A DNA stretch of 64,000 bases from Podarcis vaucheri (Eukaryota): the NCBI GenBank assembly GCA_965113315.1, contig OZ220379.1. The stretch is one strand, 5' to 3'. Position numbers and translations under genes: made by a program. This document shows, in pieces, positions 1 through 11,218 of this stretch. Numbering within the stretch: position 1 is the stretch's first letter; every line of letters begins with the position of its first letter. The notes beneath the pieces are model-generated. The model was not told where the DNA came from. It saw nothing but the letters and a program-made list of their open reading frames with translations, and did no database searches.

Positions 1-245
1 AAGCAGTCAAGTGGCCACACATGGGTTAAGGCAATCTTGTAGGTAAACTGGTCGCAAGTTGTTAAGGGCTTTATATATGAATAGTAATGCCCTGAACTTG
101 GCCCAGTAGCAAATTGGCAACCAGAGCAGGTCTCTGAGCACAGGTGCTATATACTGACAAAGCCTCACTCCTATCAGCAATTGCTCTGCAGCATTCTGCA
201 CTAACTGCAGCTTCTGCATCAAGCACAAGGGAATCCCCACATAGA
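1..245 (-). mobile_element. L2/CR1-clade LINE fragment (ORF2 C-terminal region)
   Basis: Minus ORF 7..240 reads KLQLVQNAA...LRDLLWLPI...[11 protein letters not shown], the typical post-RT segment of L2-type LINEs. Confidence 0.7.
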
Positions 246-645
246 CTTTGGGGGGCGGGGTTTACAATGTGGACCTCCCTTTAATCTCTCTTGAGCATGG
301 GCCCTCCACCAGTGTCTTGTGCAATCGTATTAGTACTTGCACATCCCAATGGGCAATACCTACCCTTAATGAAGTGAAATGATGAAATTTCCACCCTTGC
401 TTCATGTTGGTAGTTCATAGATGGCAGCGTGAGCGCTGCATATCACATAGCGCTTGTCCATAGTGGTTGCTTGCAAAATAGAAAAATCACCTAGATCTGC
501 AGTCTCCTGTTATCCCACTAACTGACCAAAAACCACCAGTTCATTTTAATCCTCCTCCTTTACAGAAAACAGAGATGTTATATGTACCATTGTTTAACTA
601 TGAAAATCATTTAATAAAAAGGATTTTTAAAAATATATGTATATA

Positions 646-863
646 CAGTGGTACCTCAGGTTAAGTACTTAATTCGTTCCGGAGGTCTGTTCTTAACCTG
701 AAACTGTTCTTAACCTGAAGCACCACTTAGCTAATGGGGCCTCCTGCTGCTGCTGCGCTGCCGATTTCTGTTCTCATCCTGAAGCAAAGTTCTTAACCTG
801 AAGCACTATTTCTGGGTTAGCGGAGTCTTTAACCTGAAGCTTATGTAACCTGAGGTGCCACTG
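646..863. mobile_element. Tc1/pogo (Tigger-like) MITE, family A
   Basis: TIRs CAGTGGTACCTCAGGTTA / TAACCTGAGGTGCCACTG, flanking TA duplication; three more copies in the window. Confidence 0.85.
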
Positions 864-965
864 TATTTCTAAGTGTTAAAGTAACATGCAGAAAATGATA
901 GAATATCACCATATAAAAGGATGCCGGTGCATGCATAACTGAAAGATCATTTCCCACCCCAACAG

Positions 966-1629
966 TGAAGATAACGTTCCTGACGCTAAAGAGGTGCGAG
1001 AGAAATACCGCGGGAATCTCATCAATGCCTTGAGTGAATACGGTCCGAATTTCCTTGCCTACTTTGGGTCTTTTGTTACTATCGGCCTTCTCTGGTTTGT
1101 CCACCATTCGCTCTTCCTTCACGTGACAAAAGCGACGCGCCTGATGGGCCTCCTCAACACCCTCTCGTTGGCTTTCATCGGAGGTCTGCCTCTGGCCTAC
1201 CAGCTGACCAGCGAGTTTGCGGAGAAGTCTCACAACGAAACAGAAGCCATCCAGGTGAGCTGCGTCACCATTTTTTTCGCCAGCATCTTTCAGTTTGGCA
1301 TCTGGACCGCGGCCCTCTTCCACGAAAGGGAAACACTGCATCCTTTTGCACGATACGGCGGCAAAGAGCACGCCTTTATGTTTGCCAAGCTGGCTCTCTA
1401 CCCCTGCGCGAGCCTCGCAGCCTTCTTCCTGACCTGCGTTGTAAGCGAGCTGAGTACAGAAATCTTCCACCTCATGCAGATCGTCGTCCCCTTTGCCTTC
1501 CTCGTCTTGCGCATCTTCGTCAGGGTTGGTTTGGTGGCGCTGAAGTTCCTGGTGTCTCTGTTCAGGCCACGGAAAGATGTATCAGAAGAAGAGGAAGCCT
1601 GTTTGTCTCCTTCCGAGACCTTGTCATAG
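966..1629 (+). CDS. TMEM175: TMEM175 endosomal/lysosomal K+/H+ channel, last coding exon
   Basis: AG acceptor at 964-965; reads EDNVPD...FLAYFGSFVTIGLLWFVHHSLFLHV...MFAKLALYPCASL...IFHLMQIVVP, matching the TMEM175 second repeat; stop TAG at 1627-1629. Upstream exons lie outside the window. Confidence 0.95.
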
Positions 1630-2976
1630 CTTTACCGCTGCTTTCCTTGGAATTCCTGTGGAATTGCTTCTACTTGAACGTGCCTGGTCCAAGCCACAAC
1701 TGGGTATATTCAACATTTTACCAGTTTAGATGCTTTGCTTCATGGAACATAAAACGCTTTGAGTAGAGAGATGTCAGGTGCAAACCCAGAAATGGAGTCG
1801 TGCAAAGTCCACTGGCCATATTTTTGGCTGCAGGTTGGACGTTTTTGTCAGTGATTAGGGCTAAGATGACGCATCTAACCACCAATGTAGTCAGTATTTT
1901 TCATAATAATAAAAATAATAATTTATTATTTATACGCCGCCCATCTGGCTTGGTTTCCCCAGCATGGTGACAGAGGGAGCACAGAAAGATTAAGGGAGAA
2001 TTATAGCATTGGGTCTGTTTTTGAGGCGTTGAATAAGGAGACGGGACTGTGGCTTGGTGTTAAATCACATGCTTTGCATGCAAAATGTCCCAGATTCAAT
2101 TCATAGGATTGCCAGGTAGAGCTGGGAGAGTCCATCTGAAACCGGAGAGCTGTTTTCAGTCACTGTTAATAATACGAGTTAGATCAATCCATGGTCCTGG
2201 AATAAGGTAGCTTTCCCTAGTTCCTAAAGTCAAGTTTCAGTTGTCATAATTAGTAAAAGTAGTAAGATTCGTATTCATGTCATGTTCATGCTATCAGGGG
2301 GCATTATTTGAATGTTAAGTTGTTACATATCATAGGGTACGGCTGTTGTAATAAATCAACATCTGCTTCCTGGAATACATACAGGATGTATTTGGCCTGG
2401 AATACGAGTGAAAATTACTATGTAGAGTGTTGGGCAACTGCCCGTGAATCTCCAAAATAAATGGCTTTCATGGACAACAGACAAGGTGGTTCATCTCTGG
2501 TTAGAAAATCTAAAGACCTCCAATTTCTCAGGGATTTGGAGTCTAGGAATGTGAAAATTGTACCAGGGCTCATCCTGGTTTCTGCAGAAAGTTGAGGGCA
2601 GCACCTACGGATATTAAGTCTTTTCCCAGCTCTTGCTTAATGTCTCTTTCCTTCAGTGTTGTTCTGCTGAGCCGATACACTTCCAGTATAAAGTCATCTG
2701 AGCTTTGGCTAATCCACTAAGCTGCCGGTTTATCTTGAATGTTGCCTTTAGCTGGAAGGAAGAACTTTCTATACCTAATGTTTGGTGCAACTTCTCAATG
2801 AAATGCTCAGCATTATGCCATTCAGAAAAAAACCCAGTCTCTTTTCTTGAAGTGCACCTACGTAGGCTAGCTAACAGCTTCTGTACTTTCTGTACTTGCA
2901 ACCCTTGATTGCACTTTATTATAAGCGTAAAATAGTATTTATATTTTGAGTGGTTTATGATGCACAATTACCTTTA

Positions 2977-2977
2977 C

Positions 2978-3009
<32 letters not shown>

Positions 3010-3026
3010 CTGACTGATTGACTGAT
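2977..3026. repeat. (TTGA/CTGA)n microsatellite
   Basis: Visible tetranucleotide run in the presumed TMEM175 3' UTR. Confidence 0.9.
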
Positions 3027-3173
3027 CATCATAATACTTGCTTTGGAGAAATGCACTATATTGTACGTTGAGATTCAACCTACAATCTAAGATACGTCCT
3101 CTTAATGATTCTCTTTCGTCCCTTATTTTATGCATTCCTTAATTTTAAAATGTGTTGGAACATTTTTTTATTG

Positions 3174-3179
3174 AATAAA
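3174..3179 (+). terminator. Candidate TMEM175 polyadenylation signal
   Basis: AATAAA preceded by a T-rich stretch; other AATAAA hexamers also occur in this UTR, e.g. 3495-3500. Confidence 0.45.
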
Positions 3180-3536
3180 ATGCTGCATTTACAATTTAAA
3201 CTGGCAGGAGTGTTATTCCACTTCATCATCTCTCTTCCACATTAGAATACCAGAATACCATTTCACCAATCCTTACAGCAGCCGTGTGAAGCTGCAAACT
3301 AGGAGGAAACAAAGCCACACAGGAAATCCCAGTCACATATCCCATCTAGTTTGCTCTCGAGCAAATGCCACTTGCAGTCTCCCCAGACTGATACCTTTCT
3401 GAAAATAATTCTTTTCAGTGGCAAAATTTTATATAGTAGCTTGTTGAAGAATGAAACGTTCCAACTCGACATTTTCCTGTAGGGTTGATATTCAAATAAA
3501 AGACACAGTGCTTGCAGTCATAGAGAAAGTAATGCA

Positions 3537-3552
3537 TTTATTTTGTTTTATT
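3537..3552 (-). terminator. MYL5 polyadenylation signals (two tandem AATAAA)
   Basis: TTTATT at 3537-3542 and 3547-3552, 50-65 nt past the MYL5 stop. Confidence 0.7.
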
Positions 3553-3601
3553 CTTATTGCATGGGCATGGGTGTTGACACAAGTTTCCAAAAGCAGGCAG
3601 A

Positions 3602-3700
3602 CTATTCTTTTTCATCTCCGTGAGTGATGGTATAGCAGAGAGCTTTGTAATCCAGGTTTCCTGCTGCGTCAATAGGAGAACTCTGGAACATCTGATCTAT
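3602..3700 (-). CDS. MYL5: MYL5 exon 7
   Basis: [35 protein letters not shown] acceptor. Confidence 0.95.
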   Translation of the reverse strand: MDQMFQSSPIDAAGNLDYKALCYTITHGDEKE

Positions 3701-6700
3701 CTGCACATCAACAGGGAGAAATATATATAGTTAGAACTGGAGGCAACAGAGACACCTCCCACCAGTCTAACTAATGTGATCCTGGCCACATCTTGAAAAG
3801 TTTGGTTGCATTTTGGAAAACAGGCATCCTAAAAGCACTCAGGGGATGCGGGTGGCGCTGTGGGCTAAAGCCTCAACGCCTAGGGCTTGCCGATCGAAAG
3901 GTCGGCGGTTCGAATCCCCGCGGCGGGGTGCGCTCCCGCTGTTCGGTCCCAGCGCCTGCCCACCTAGCAGTTCGAAAGCACCCCCGGGTGCAAGTAGATA
4001 AATAGGTACCGCTTACCAGCGGGAAGGTAAACGGCGTTCCGTGTGCGGCTCTGGCTCACCAGAGCAGCGATGTCACGCTGGCCACGTGACCCGGAAGTGT
4101 CCCCGGACAGCGCTGGCCCCCGGCCAATAAATGTGAGATGGGCGCACAAACCCCACAGTCTGTCAAGACTGGCCCGTTCGGGCAGGGGTACCTTTACCTT
4201 ACCTTTACCTTAAAAGCACTCAGGGCTGATTTCCTTAAGAATGGATAGGTTTGATCTTCTTGCAGTCCATGGGACTCTGAAGAGTCTCCTCCAGCACCAT
4301 AATTCAAAAGCATCAATTCTTCGGCGATCAGCCTTCTTTATGGTCCAGTATAGTTAAAGCCATGGTTTTCCCAGTAGTGATGTATGGAAGTGAGAGCTGG
4401 ACCATAAAGAAGGCTGATCGCCGAAGAATTGATGCTTTTGAATTATGGTGCTGGAGGAGACTCTTCAGGGTCCCATGGAAGGGACAGATCCTTAAGCTGA
4501 GGCTCCAGTACTTTGGCCACCTCATGAGAAGAGAAGACTCCCTGGAAAAGACCCTGAAGTTGGGAAAGATGGAGGGCACAAGGAGAAGGGGACGACAGAG
4601 GACAAGGTGGTTGGACAGTGTTCTTGAAGCTACCAGCATGAGTTTGACCAAACTGCGGGAGGCAGTGGAGGACAGAAGTGCCTGGCGTGCTCTGGTCCAT
4701 GGGGTCACAAAGAGTCGGACACGACTAAACGACTAAACAACAAATAACAAAAAAGCCAAGTATAAATGATTTTGGGTAAATAGAACATACAAACCTCTTC
4801 AGCATTGAACTTGTCACCTTGGGACATCATTAAGCGTTTAATACTGTAGAAGAGACACAGAGAAAATTACCTTGTTTGTGAAAAGGCTGGCATAAGAGTC
4901 ATTGTTAAGATCTCACTTCTTTAACCAGAAACTGCAGCTGAGGCTTTCCCTATGGTTACAAGTTGTGATTAAGGGGGAAAGACATTAACTATCGTGGATT
5001 TAGACCAACTGGCTAAAACAACTGGCAGTGATCTACCCATTGTCATGCGGGGGGGGGGGGAGGCCAAAGTTGTTGAGCTTTCTTTAGGAGGGCGAGATCT
5101 TAAAACACAGTAAGAAGTGGGTGCAGCAAAACAGGCATGTTTCTTGCCACTAACAACTGCCCATTGCACATAACAGTCGGACAAAGCAAGGATGGCGGGG
5201 GCAGAGACTTTTAACACAATACTTCCTTAAACCAGCGATCAGAAGGGAACCCACGATCGACCACAGTTGAACAACGCTGATTTAGACAATAGACAAGCTC
5301 CTCTCTGGAAGACAGCCTATTTGTATGGTCACGAAGTAATTTTGCCTTAACCATAACACAGTGTTTCCCAACCTTTTTTGGGCAAAGGCACACTTGTTTC
5401 CTGAAAAAAATCTCGAGGCACACCACCATTACAGCCCCGTGACGTCAGCGCGCAGCGTCACACCGGGAGGGACATGAATTGCTAGCAAATTACATAATCA
5501 CCTCCTTGAGGGCTGGCTCATCTTCTCCGAAGGCAGAACCCCATTAATTAACAGGACAGACTCACACCATAGCCAAGACGAGGGGGGAAAACCTCAGTCA
5601 TGCACAGTCATGCACATGTGGGGGCTAAATGAGGACGAAGACCGGGCAGAGAGCAGGGTTCAAATCACCCCACCTGGCCAGGACAATCCCTGGGTGCTCC
5701 CTTGGGCCATTCGCCTGACCCACCTCGCAGGGCTGTTGTTGCGAGGATAACACGGGGAGAACCATGTGCGCCCCCGGGAGCTCCTTGGAGGAGAAAGCGG
5801 GCGATGAATGCAATGCACGAAATATATGAGAGGCGACCAGGTTTTGCAGGTGAGGGGCCACCGCCAGCCTCCGCTTCCAACACCTGGCGCAACGACGCCG
5901 AAGTTTCCCCCCAGGCTCGGCTCGGGGAGCAGTGCTGCTCCCCCCTGGCTCCCCTTCGCCCTCCCGGCTCTCTCTGCCGCCCACTGGGGACCCCCCTCAC
6001 CTGCCAAGTCCGGAGCGGTGGAAGTTGCATGCATGCATGCAGGGCGCCGCATTGCCATTGCATTGCACTCCATGCAACGCCTGCACGCATGCATTGCCTT
6101 GCACGCCCGCCAAGGGGTCTCCCCGCGGTCCGATGCGTCCCCTCCGGCGTGGATGCAGCATTGCAAAAATAAAAAACCCCCGACGCAGCCCTACCTGGGG
6201 GGCAGCCTCCGCCTCCGCCGCTCCGCCTCCGCGGGGATCCCCGGGCTCCATCCTGCCGCCCGATCTCCGCGGGGGCGCAGGCAGGCTGCGCGGGGTCTGC
6301 GCGGAAGAGCCCCTGCCCGCCCGGCCGTCGCCGCTGTGCTCATTCCATGGCCAGGAGAAGAGCGCTTCAAACAAAACGCCCGGCCCGCCAGGCCACGCTG
6401 GGAAATGTAGTTCGCGCACCCCGCGCGGGCGCGGAGCCCAAGGGCGAGGGGACTACGGATCCCGGCAGCCCCCGCGCCGGGGACGGAGGGGGAGAGGCCG
6501 GGTGCAGGGATGGAGGGACGGGTGGGCGAGCGAGTGAGTGAGTGGCAGCCGCCAAGCCTTGGCCGAGAGCCAGGAAGGGCCTCCCCGGAGGAGGAGGAGG
6601 AGGGAGGCGCAGAGCGGGAGGGAGGGAGGGAACCCCAGGGGCCATCTAGTGACGGCGCCCCAATCGAAAATTTGACTTAAAAAAAAATCTTTCGAATTTT

Positions 6701-9700
6701 TTAATTTTTCCCGCGGCACACCAGGCAACATCTCGCGGCACACTAGTGTGCCGCGGAACAGTGGTTGGGAAACACTGCCATAACATGTAAGCCAGGCCAA
6801 TGTATGTGGTGTAATGTTGGCAGGCTTAAGGAGTAGAAAGGTTGGCCTAAACTACATGCAACAGCAATGGCTCTAAGCATTTCAGTGTGGCTCTGCTCCC
6901 GAGTGTGTGTAAAGTGAGAGTGGGGTGCCGTTTCAAATTGCAAAATGGTCAAGGCATTCTGAACCCTCACCCCACCCGCCACATATTCCTGCAGCCCTTC
7001 CCCGCAACATTTTAACTCCGAGCTGGGTTCATTTCCAACTCAAAGCCTGGATGGGCGCCGGAATGCCTTTGGGGGACGGCCTGTGGTAGGGGAAAGGGGT
7101 CTGCGGGGAAAGGGTTTGTCGCCTCCTACCCATAACTCCTTTTGCATGCTTGTGCACTCTACAGGTGATTGGAGCAGAGCCGTTTTTAAAGCCAAGGGTC
7201 CGCCGCTGTCACTGCAACTTGGTCCTTAGCAGGCAATATGAGCTGTCCACAGGCCAACAGGGGTTCTGCTTAGGTAGCTAATACTTACTAATCCTTGTTA
7301 AGGTTTCCTTTACCCTCTGGGTCAAACATTTTAAATGCGTTCAATATGGTCTCTTCAGTGTCCGTACCTGCAGAAAATAATGGGGTACAGTTGAAGCTAG
7401 GCTGGTCATGCTATTGCTTCTGAGCGATAGAGAACCCCATTTTAAACTGGATACCCCAGAAAGAAAAGTATTAACAGGAATCTCTTGTCTGTGGGGATTT
7501 TCCTACTCTTCATTTCAAATGGGGGGGGGGACTGCAGAAAAGATGAAAGAACCACAGGGAAAATACAGGATGACAATGATTTGATGATGTTATTGTGCAG
7601 ATACCCTATAGAAAGAGGGAATGAAGAGTTAAGAGTGCTTTAAGCTTGCTTTGGTTTTATTGGGAGCTGTCTTGTGTAACTTTCTGGATTACCATAAGGC
7701 TACCAAAAACCCCAGGAAGAAGATGAAAACCTCAAATGCAATCAGTTTGGCTACTTTAAAACTTTCAGCCTTTCATTTTCATTTTAACTTTTGTCCAGTG
7801 CTAAATACTGCTTTTACTGCAATACAGAAAATAGCTCATTTGAAATGTCATGATTAGCTTCAAGTGCAAATTTCTGGGAAGATGTAGTTTTAATAAGAGA
7901 GTGTTAAACTTACCACTTAACTTTTCCCCAAACAGGTTCAAAAACATGGTAAAATTAATCGGTCCAGTGGCTTCTTTAAGCATAGATTCTAACTCATCGT
8001 CTTTGACATTTGTTTTACCTAAAATCAAATGGAAAATAAATGATCCATTGCATCAACAGAGCATGCATGTACCAGAATTACTTCTACTGTATATGCTTGA
8101 TGGTATAGCGCAGACTTCCTCAAACTCGGCCCGCCAGGTGTTTTGAGACTACAATTCCCATCATCCCTGACCACTGGTCCTGCTAGCTAGGGATCATGGG
8201 AGTTGTAGGCCAAAGTTTGAGGAAGCCTGGTATAGAGACACTGCCACCATCATTTGTTTAAGTGCCAGCAAAAAAAATAAAATTAAACATTCAACAGTTT
8301 CCCATTTAATCTGCCAGGCTTAAAAAAAAATTCTATACACTATAAAACTCAGAGAGCTCAAATTAGGAGCAATAGCAAAATATGAATATGAATTTCAGAC
8401 TCCAGTCCTTCCTTTGAGTTAACAGGATGCATTTAGAAATGATTTTACATATGCTTTCTAAGGAACAGATTTAAATGACATTATATGGAAAAAAACACAA
8501 TTGTTACTACAAAATAGAGATTAAAGGAGGATGTGACCATTTCACAACACTTGCCTAAAGAAGCATAGGTATCTTTCAAGTCTTCTTTATCAATGAAGCC
8601 ATCTCTGTTCTGATCAATTAGCGTAAAAGCCTATAAAAAGTATTTATTGAGAGAGAGAGAGAATTGGGATATAAAACCTTCTTGTGGTTAGAATAAATTA
8701 CTTATTTAACATTTTGTGTTTAAGCCCAGTGATGCAGGATATTAGTCTCCAAATGAACTTTTTCTGCACTTTAGTCCTCAAAACTGGGATAACCTCAAAC
8801 TACTAAGAGTTCAGGATTGCAGACTTTATTTATTCATTTTTTTTACTTGTACCGGTTTAAGTGTGATGGCTTCCCACAAAGGCTCCATATGGTTTTAGTT
8901 TGGTGTTGTTAAGAGAATCTCCCTCACCCTGCAAGAAGAACTACATATCCCAAAGGTTCTGTGAGTAAAGGGATTGAGCATTCAACCAGCTCATCTGTAG
9001 AATAAACATGCTTCATTCCTTAGATAACCCCCCTTTCTAACATGAAAAGAACCATCAAAACAAATATTTACAAAGTTCTGTCTTGCAACTGCATCCCAAG
9101 TTTGTGACATCAAAGGGAATACCTGCTTTCTTCCTACAGGTGTGGTCTGCATGATGATGATGATGATGATAATGATGATAATAATAATAATAATAATAAT
9201 AATAGTAATAATAATAATAGTAATTGTACCCCACCCATCTGACTGGGTACACTCCCCTTTCCATTTCATATTTCCATAAATCTAAAGATTCAGGTAGCTG
9301 ATAAATATTAGGAGAAAAATGCAGAACAGCAAGCCTATTTGTAATTTAGAACCTCCCGGCCAGAGACAGGGAATTTTCTTACTTCCTTAAATTCTTGAAT
9401 CTGTGTCTGTTCAAAGTTGGAGAAAACATTAGAGGACGCTCTCTGAGCACGTTTGGCTCCCCCTTCCTTCTTCTTGGTTTTTCTGCTGGCCTGAAAAGAG
9501 CAGGAAATGAACTCAGCCAGTGTAGCATAGACCCCGCATGACAATTCAGCAGCAGCAATGGCAACCCACGAACCATTATCATAGAATTATAGTGTTGGAA
9601 GGGACCTCAAAGGTCATCTAGGCCTACCCCCTGAAATGCAGGGACTTCTTACCCTACATGGGACTCAAAATCACGACAATAATAATAATGATAATATGCC

Positions 9701-10058
9701 CTCCATCTGACTTGAATTGCCCCAGCCACTCTGGATGGTCCCCAACAAAATGTTAAAAACACAATAAAACATCAACCATTAAAAACTTCCCCGAACAGGG
9801 CTGCCTTCAGATATCTTCTAGTTGTTTATCTAAGATATGATGGGAGGGTGTCACTACCAAGAAGGCCCTCTACGGACTGAGCTATCCCATACGTATTCGG
9901 ACTTTTCCCCCAATTAACAGCCATCAAAATGTGCAGTGAGTCACAGAAGGCACACTTTAATTTAGGTACTCTTAAAACTGCCTAAATCAGAATATGTTGT
10001 TGCTGCTGTAGGTTTTTAACAAAACAGATTATATCGCCACGCAGGCCAAACTCACCAT
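3602..10058 (-). CDS. MYL5: Myosin regulatory light chain 5, whole spliced CDS span (7 exons, 519 nt, 172 aa)
   Basis: Exons 10056-10058, 9383-9490, 8555-8630, 7914-8018, 7289-7367, 4795-4843, 3602-3700 join in frame: [64 protein letters not shown]...HGDEKE*. Head-to-head with ATP5ME as in human. Confidence 0.95.
3843..4210 (+). mobile_element. Sauria SINE (subfamily 2)
   Basis: tRNA-like head (GGTTCGAATCC B box), (ACCTTT)n tail, TSD TAAAAGCACTCA at 3830-3841 and 4211-4222. Confidence 0.92.
4215..4742 (+). mobile_element. Bov-B (RTE) LINE 3' fragment with inverted 5' segment
   Basis: ORF 4362-4736 [32 protein letters not shown]...[11 protein letters not shown]; 4215-4348 is Bov-B sequence in the opposite orientation. 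Confidence 0.92.
4795..4843 (-). CDS. MYL5: MYL5 exon 6
   Basis: 49 nt, (Y)[20 protein letters not shown]. Confidence 0.93.
5359..6777. mobile_element. Non-autonomous hAT DNA transposon with GC-rich internal cargo
   Basis: Perfect 15-bp TIR CAGTGTTTCCCAACC / GGTTGGGAAACACTG, perfect 8-bp TSD CCATAACA (5351-5358, 6778-6785), subterminal GGCACAC repeats, no transposase ORF. Confidence 0.92.
7289..7367 (-). CDS. MYL5: MYL5 exon 5
   Basis: 79 nt, (G)[29 protein letters not shown]. Confidence 0.95.
7914..8018 (-). CDS. MYL5: MYL5 exon 4
   Basis: 105 nt, (G)[34 protein letters not shown]. Confidence 0.95.
8111..8229. mobile_element. Short palindromic hAT MITE
   Basis: CAGACTTCCTCAAACT / AGTTTGAGGAAGCCTG ends, 8-bp TSD GTATAGCG/GTATAGAG. 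Confidence 0.8.
8555..8630 (-). CDS. MYL5: MYL5 exon 3 (EF-hand loop; GC donor)
   Basis: 76 nt, [25 protein letters not shown], followed by GCAAGT. Confidence 0.93.
9151..9224. repeat. (ATG)n/(ATA)n microsatellite
   Basis: Visible trinucleotide run; it produces the spurious poly-I/poly-Y ORFs. Confidence 0.9.
9383..9490 (-). CDS. MYL5: MYL5 exon 2
   Basis: 108 nt, [36 protein letters not shown]. Confidence 0.95.
10056..10058 (-). CDS. MYL5: MYL5 exon 1 coding part (ATG only)
   Basis: AAG ATG|GTGAGT; an ATG-only first coding exon is typical of this family. Confidence 0.8.
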
Positions 10059-10117
10059 CTTTTGTGGAAAGCTACTCTGCCCGCCTTTCTCTGGCAAATT
10101 TTTCTTTATGAATTGCC

Positions 10118-10220
10118 TCTTATATGAAGGGGAGGATCTTGTCTTTACAGCTCAGATCTCCCAAAGGAGATCTCAAACGTCTTCAGAACCCTGAGCTCGC
10201 AAGAGCTATTCCATAAATGG
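10118..10220 (-). promoter_or_regulatory. MYL5 proximal promoter: TATA-like box and CArG box
   Basis: CATATAAG on minus near 10119-10126; exact CC(A/T)6GG CCATAAATGG at 10211-10220. Confidence 0.6.
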
Positions 10221-11170
10221 CTAGGACTGCAAGATACCTTCTGTTCCCCGGTGGCCGGGCAACTGTTCCTTAGACATGAACTTGCCTAGTAAGTCATTTG
10301 CTTTAACTGAAAGAGAACTAAGAGTACATACAGTGAAAAACTCTGAGATCGTTGTAATGTGTGTGCCACATTTGGATTCAGTTATCTGTTCGACGGCTTG
10401 CCAGAAGCGTTAATAGTGCAGACAATACACAAGTTTTTTTTTAATTTTTAATTAGGTAGTGCAATTCCAACCCCCCTCAAATATTAAATGCACCATCCAA
10501 CATCAATTAAAACATATATATTTTAGGATAATATCCAGCTGTGGAGTCCCACTTGCACAGAGTCCCACTTGAATAACACAGGATTGCAGGACCCTTAGGA
10601 ACAGATCAGTGACTGGAGTAGGACTGCAAGTGGGAGAAGGGGGGGGGGAGTTTCATTGTGTTCCCTGGCAATAATGTTGGGTCTTCCATTACTCAACCAT
10701 TACTGCTATACTGTAAAAAAGAAGAAGATCCAAAATGTTGTTAAATTTTGCAAAATTTAACAACATTTTCCTCTCTAGCAAGGGAGGGGAGGACTTGCTC
10801 ACTCTTGGGCTGCCTCTGATACACATTTTTATTTTAAAAGCATGACTAGGAATGGGAAGGGATTCTGGAAGATTTCATGACAAACCCTCTGGCTTTGCCA
10901 ATGCACAAAAGTAAACGGGGATCAAAAATTCAGGACGGTAGCTGTGGCTTTCCCATAGATATAAGTGGGACTGAGAAGTGTAATTGGGTGGATCATACCC
11001 ATTACTTAGGACAAAGTAAAGCAAAAAGCATTAGGATTCATAAAACACCATTTTGATTCATAAAAGCTTCTAGGGATATTATATTTAAATAGGTTTGTGT
11101 GTGTGAACACAGTAGGATTGTTTAAAAAAACAGCATGCAGGCAATATCTGTATAATTTTCTCTCTCTTTT

Positions 11171-11172
11171 TC

Positions 11173-11215
<43 letters not shown>

Positions 11216-11218
11216 TTT
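11171..11218. repeat. (ATTT)n microsatellite
   Basis: Visible run. Confidence 0.9.

Noticed and set aside
841-1470. 209-aa minus-strand ORF
   Set aside because: Antisense shadow of the TMEM175 exon, ending in a MITE
5625-6800. Many overlapping 100-200 aa ORFs on both strands
   Set aside because: Expected from high GC content inside the hAT cargo; no recognisable domain and no transposase motifs
8149-8210. ZNF143-like ACTACAATTCCCA motifs
   Set aside because: Part of a common palindromic MITE in CpG-poor DNA, so not evidence of a promoter, unlike the CpG-embedded pair at 6398-6470
8991-9269. Poly-Ile / poly-Tyr-His ORFs
   Set aside because: Translation of a trinucleotide microsatellite
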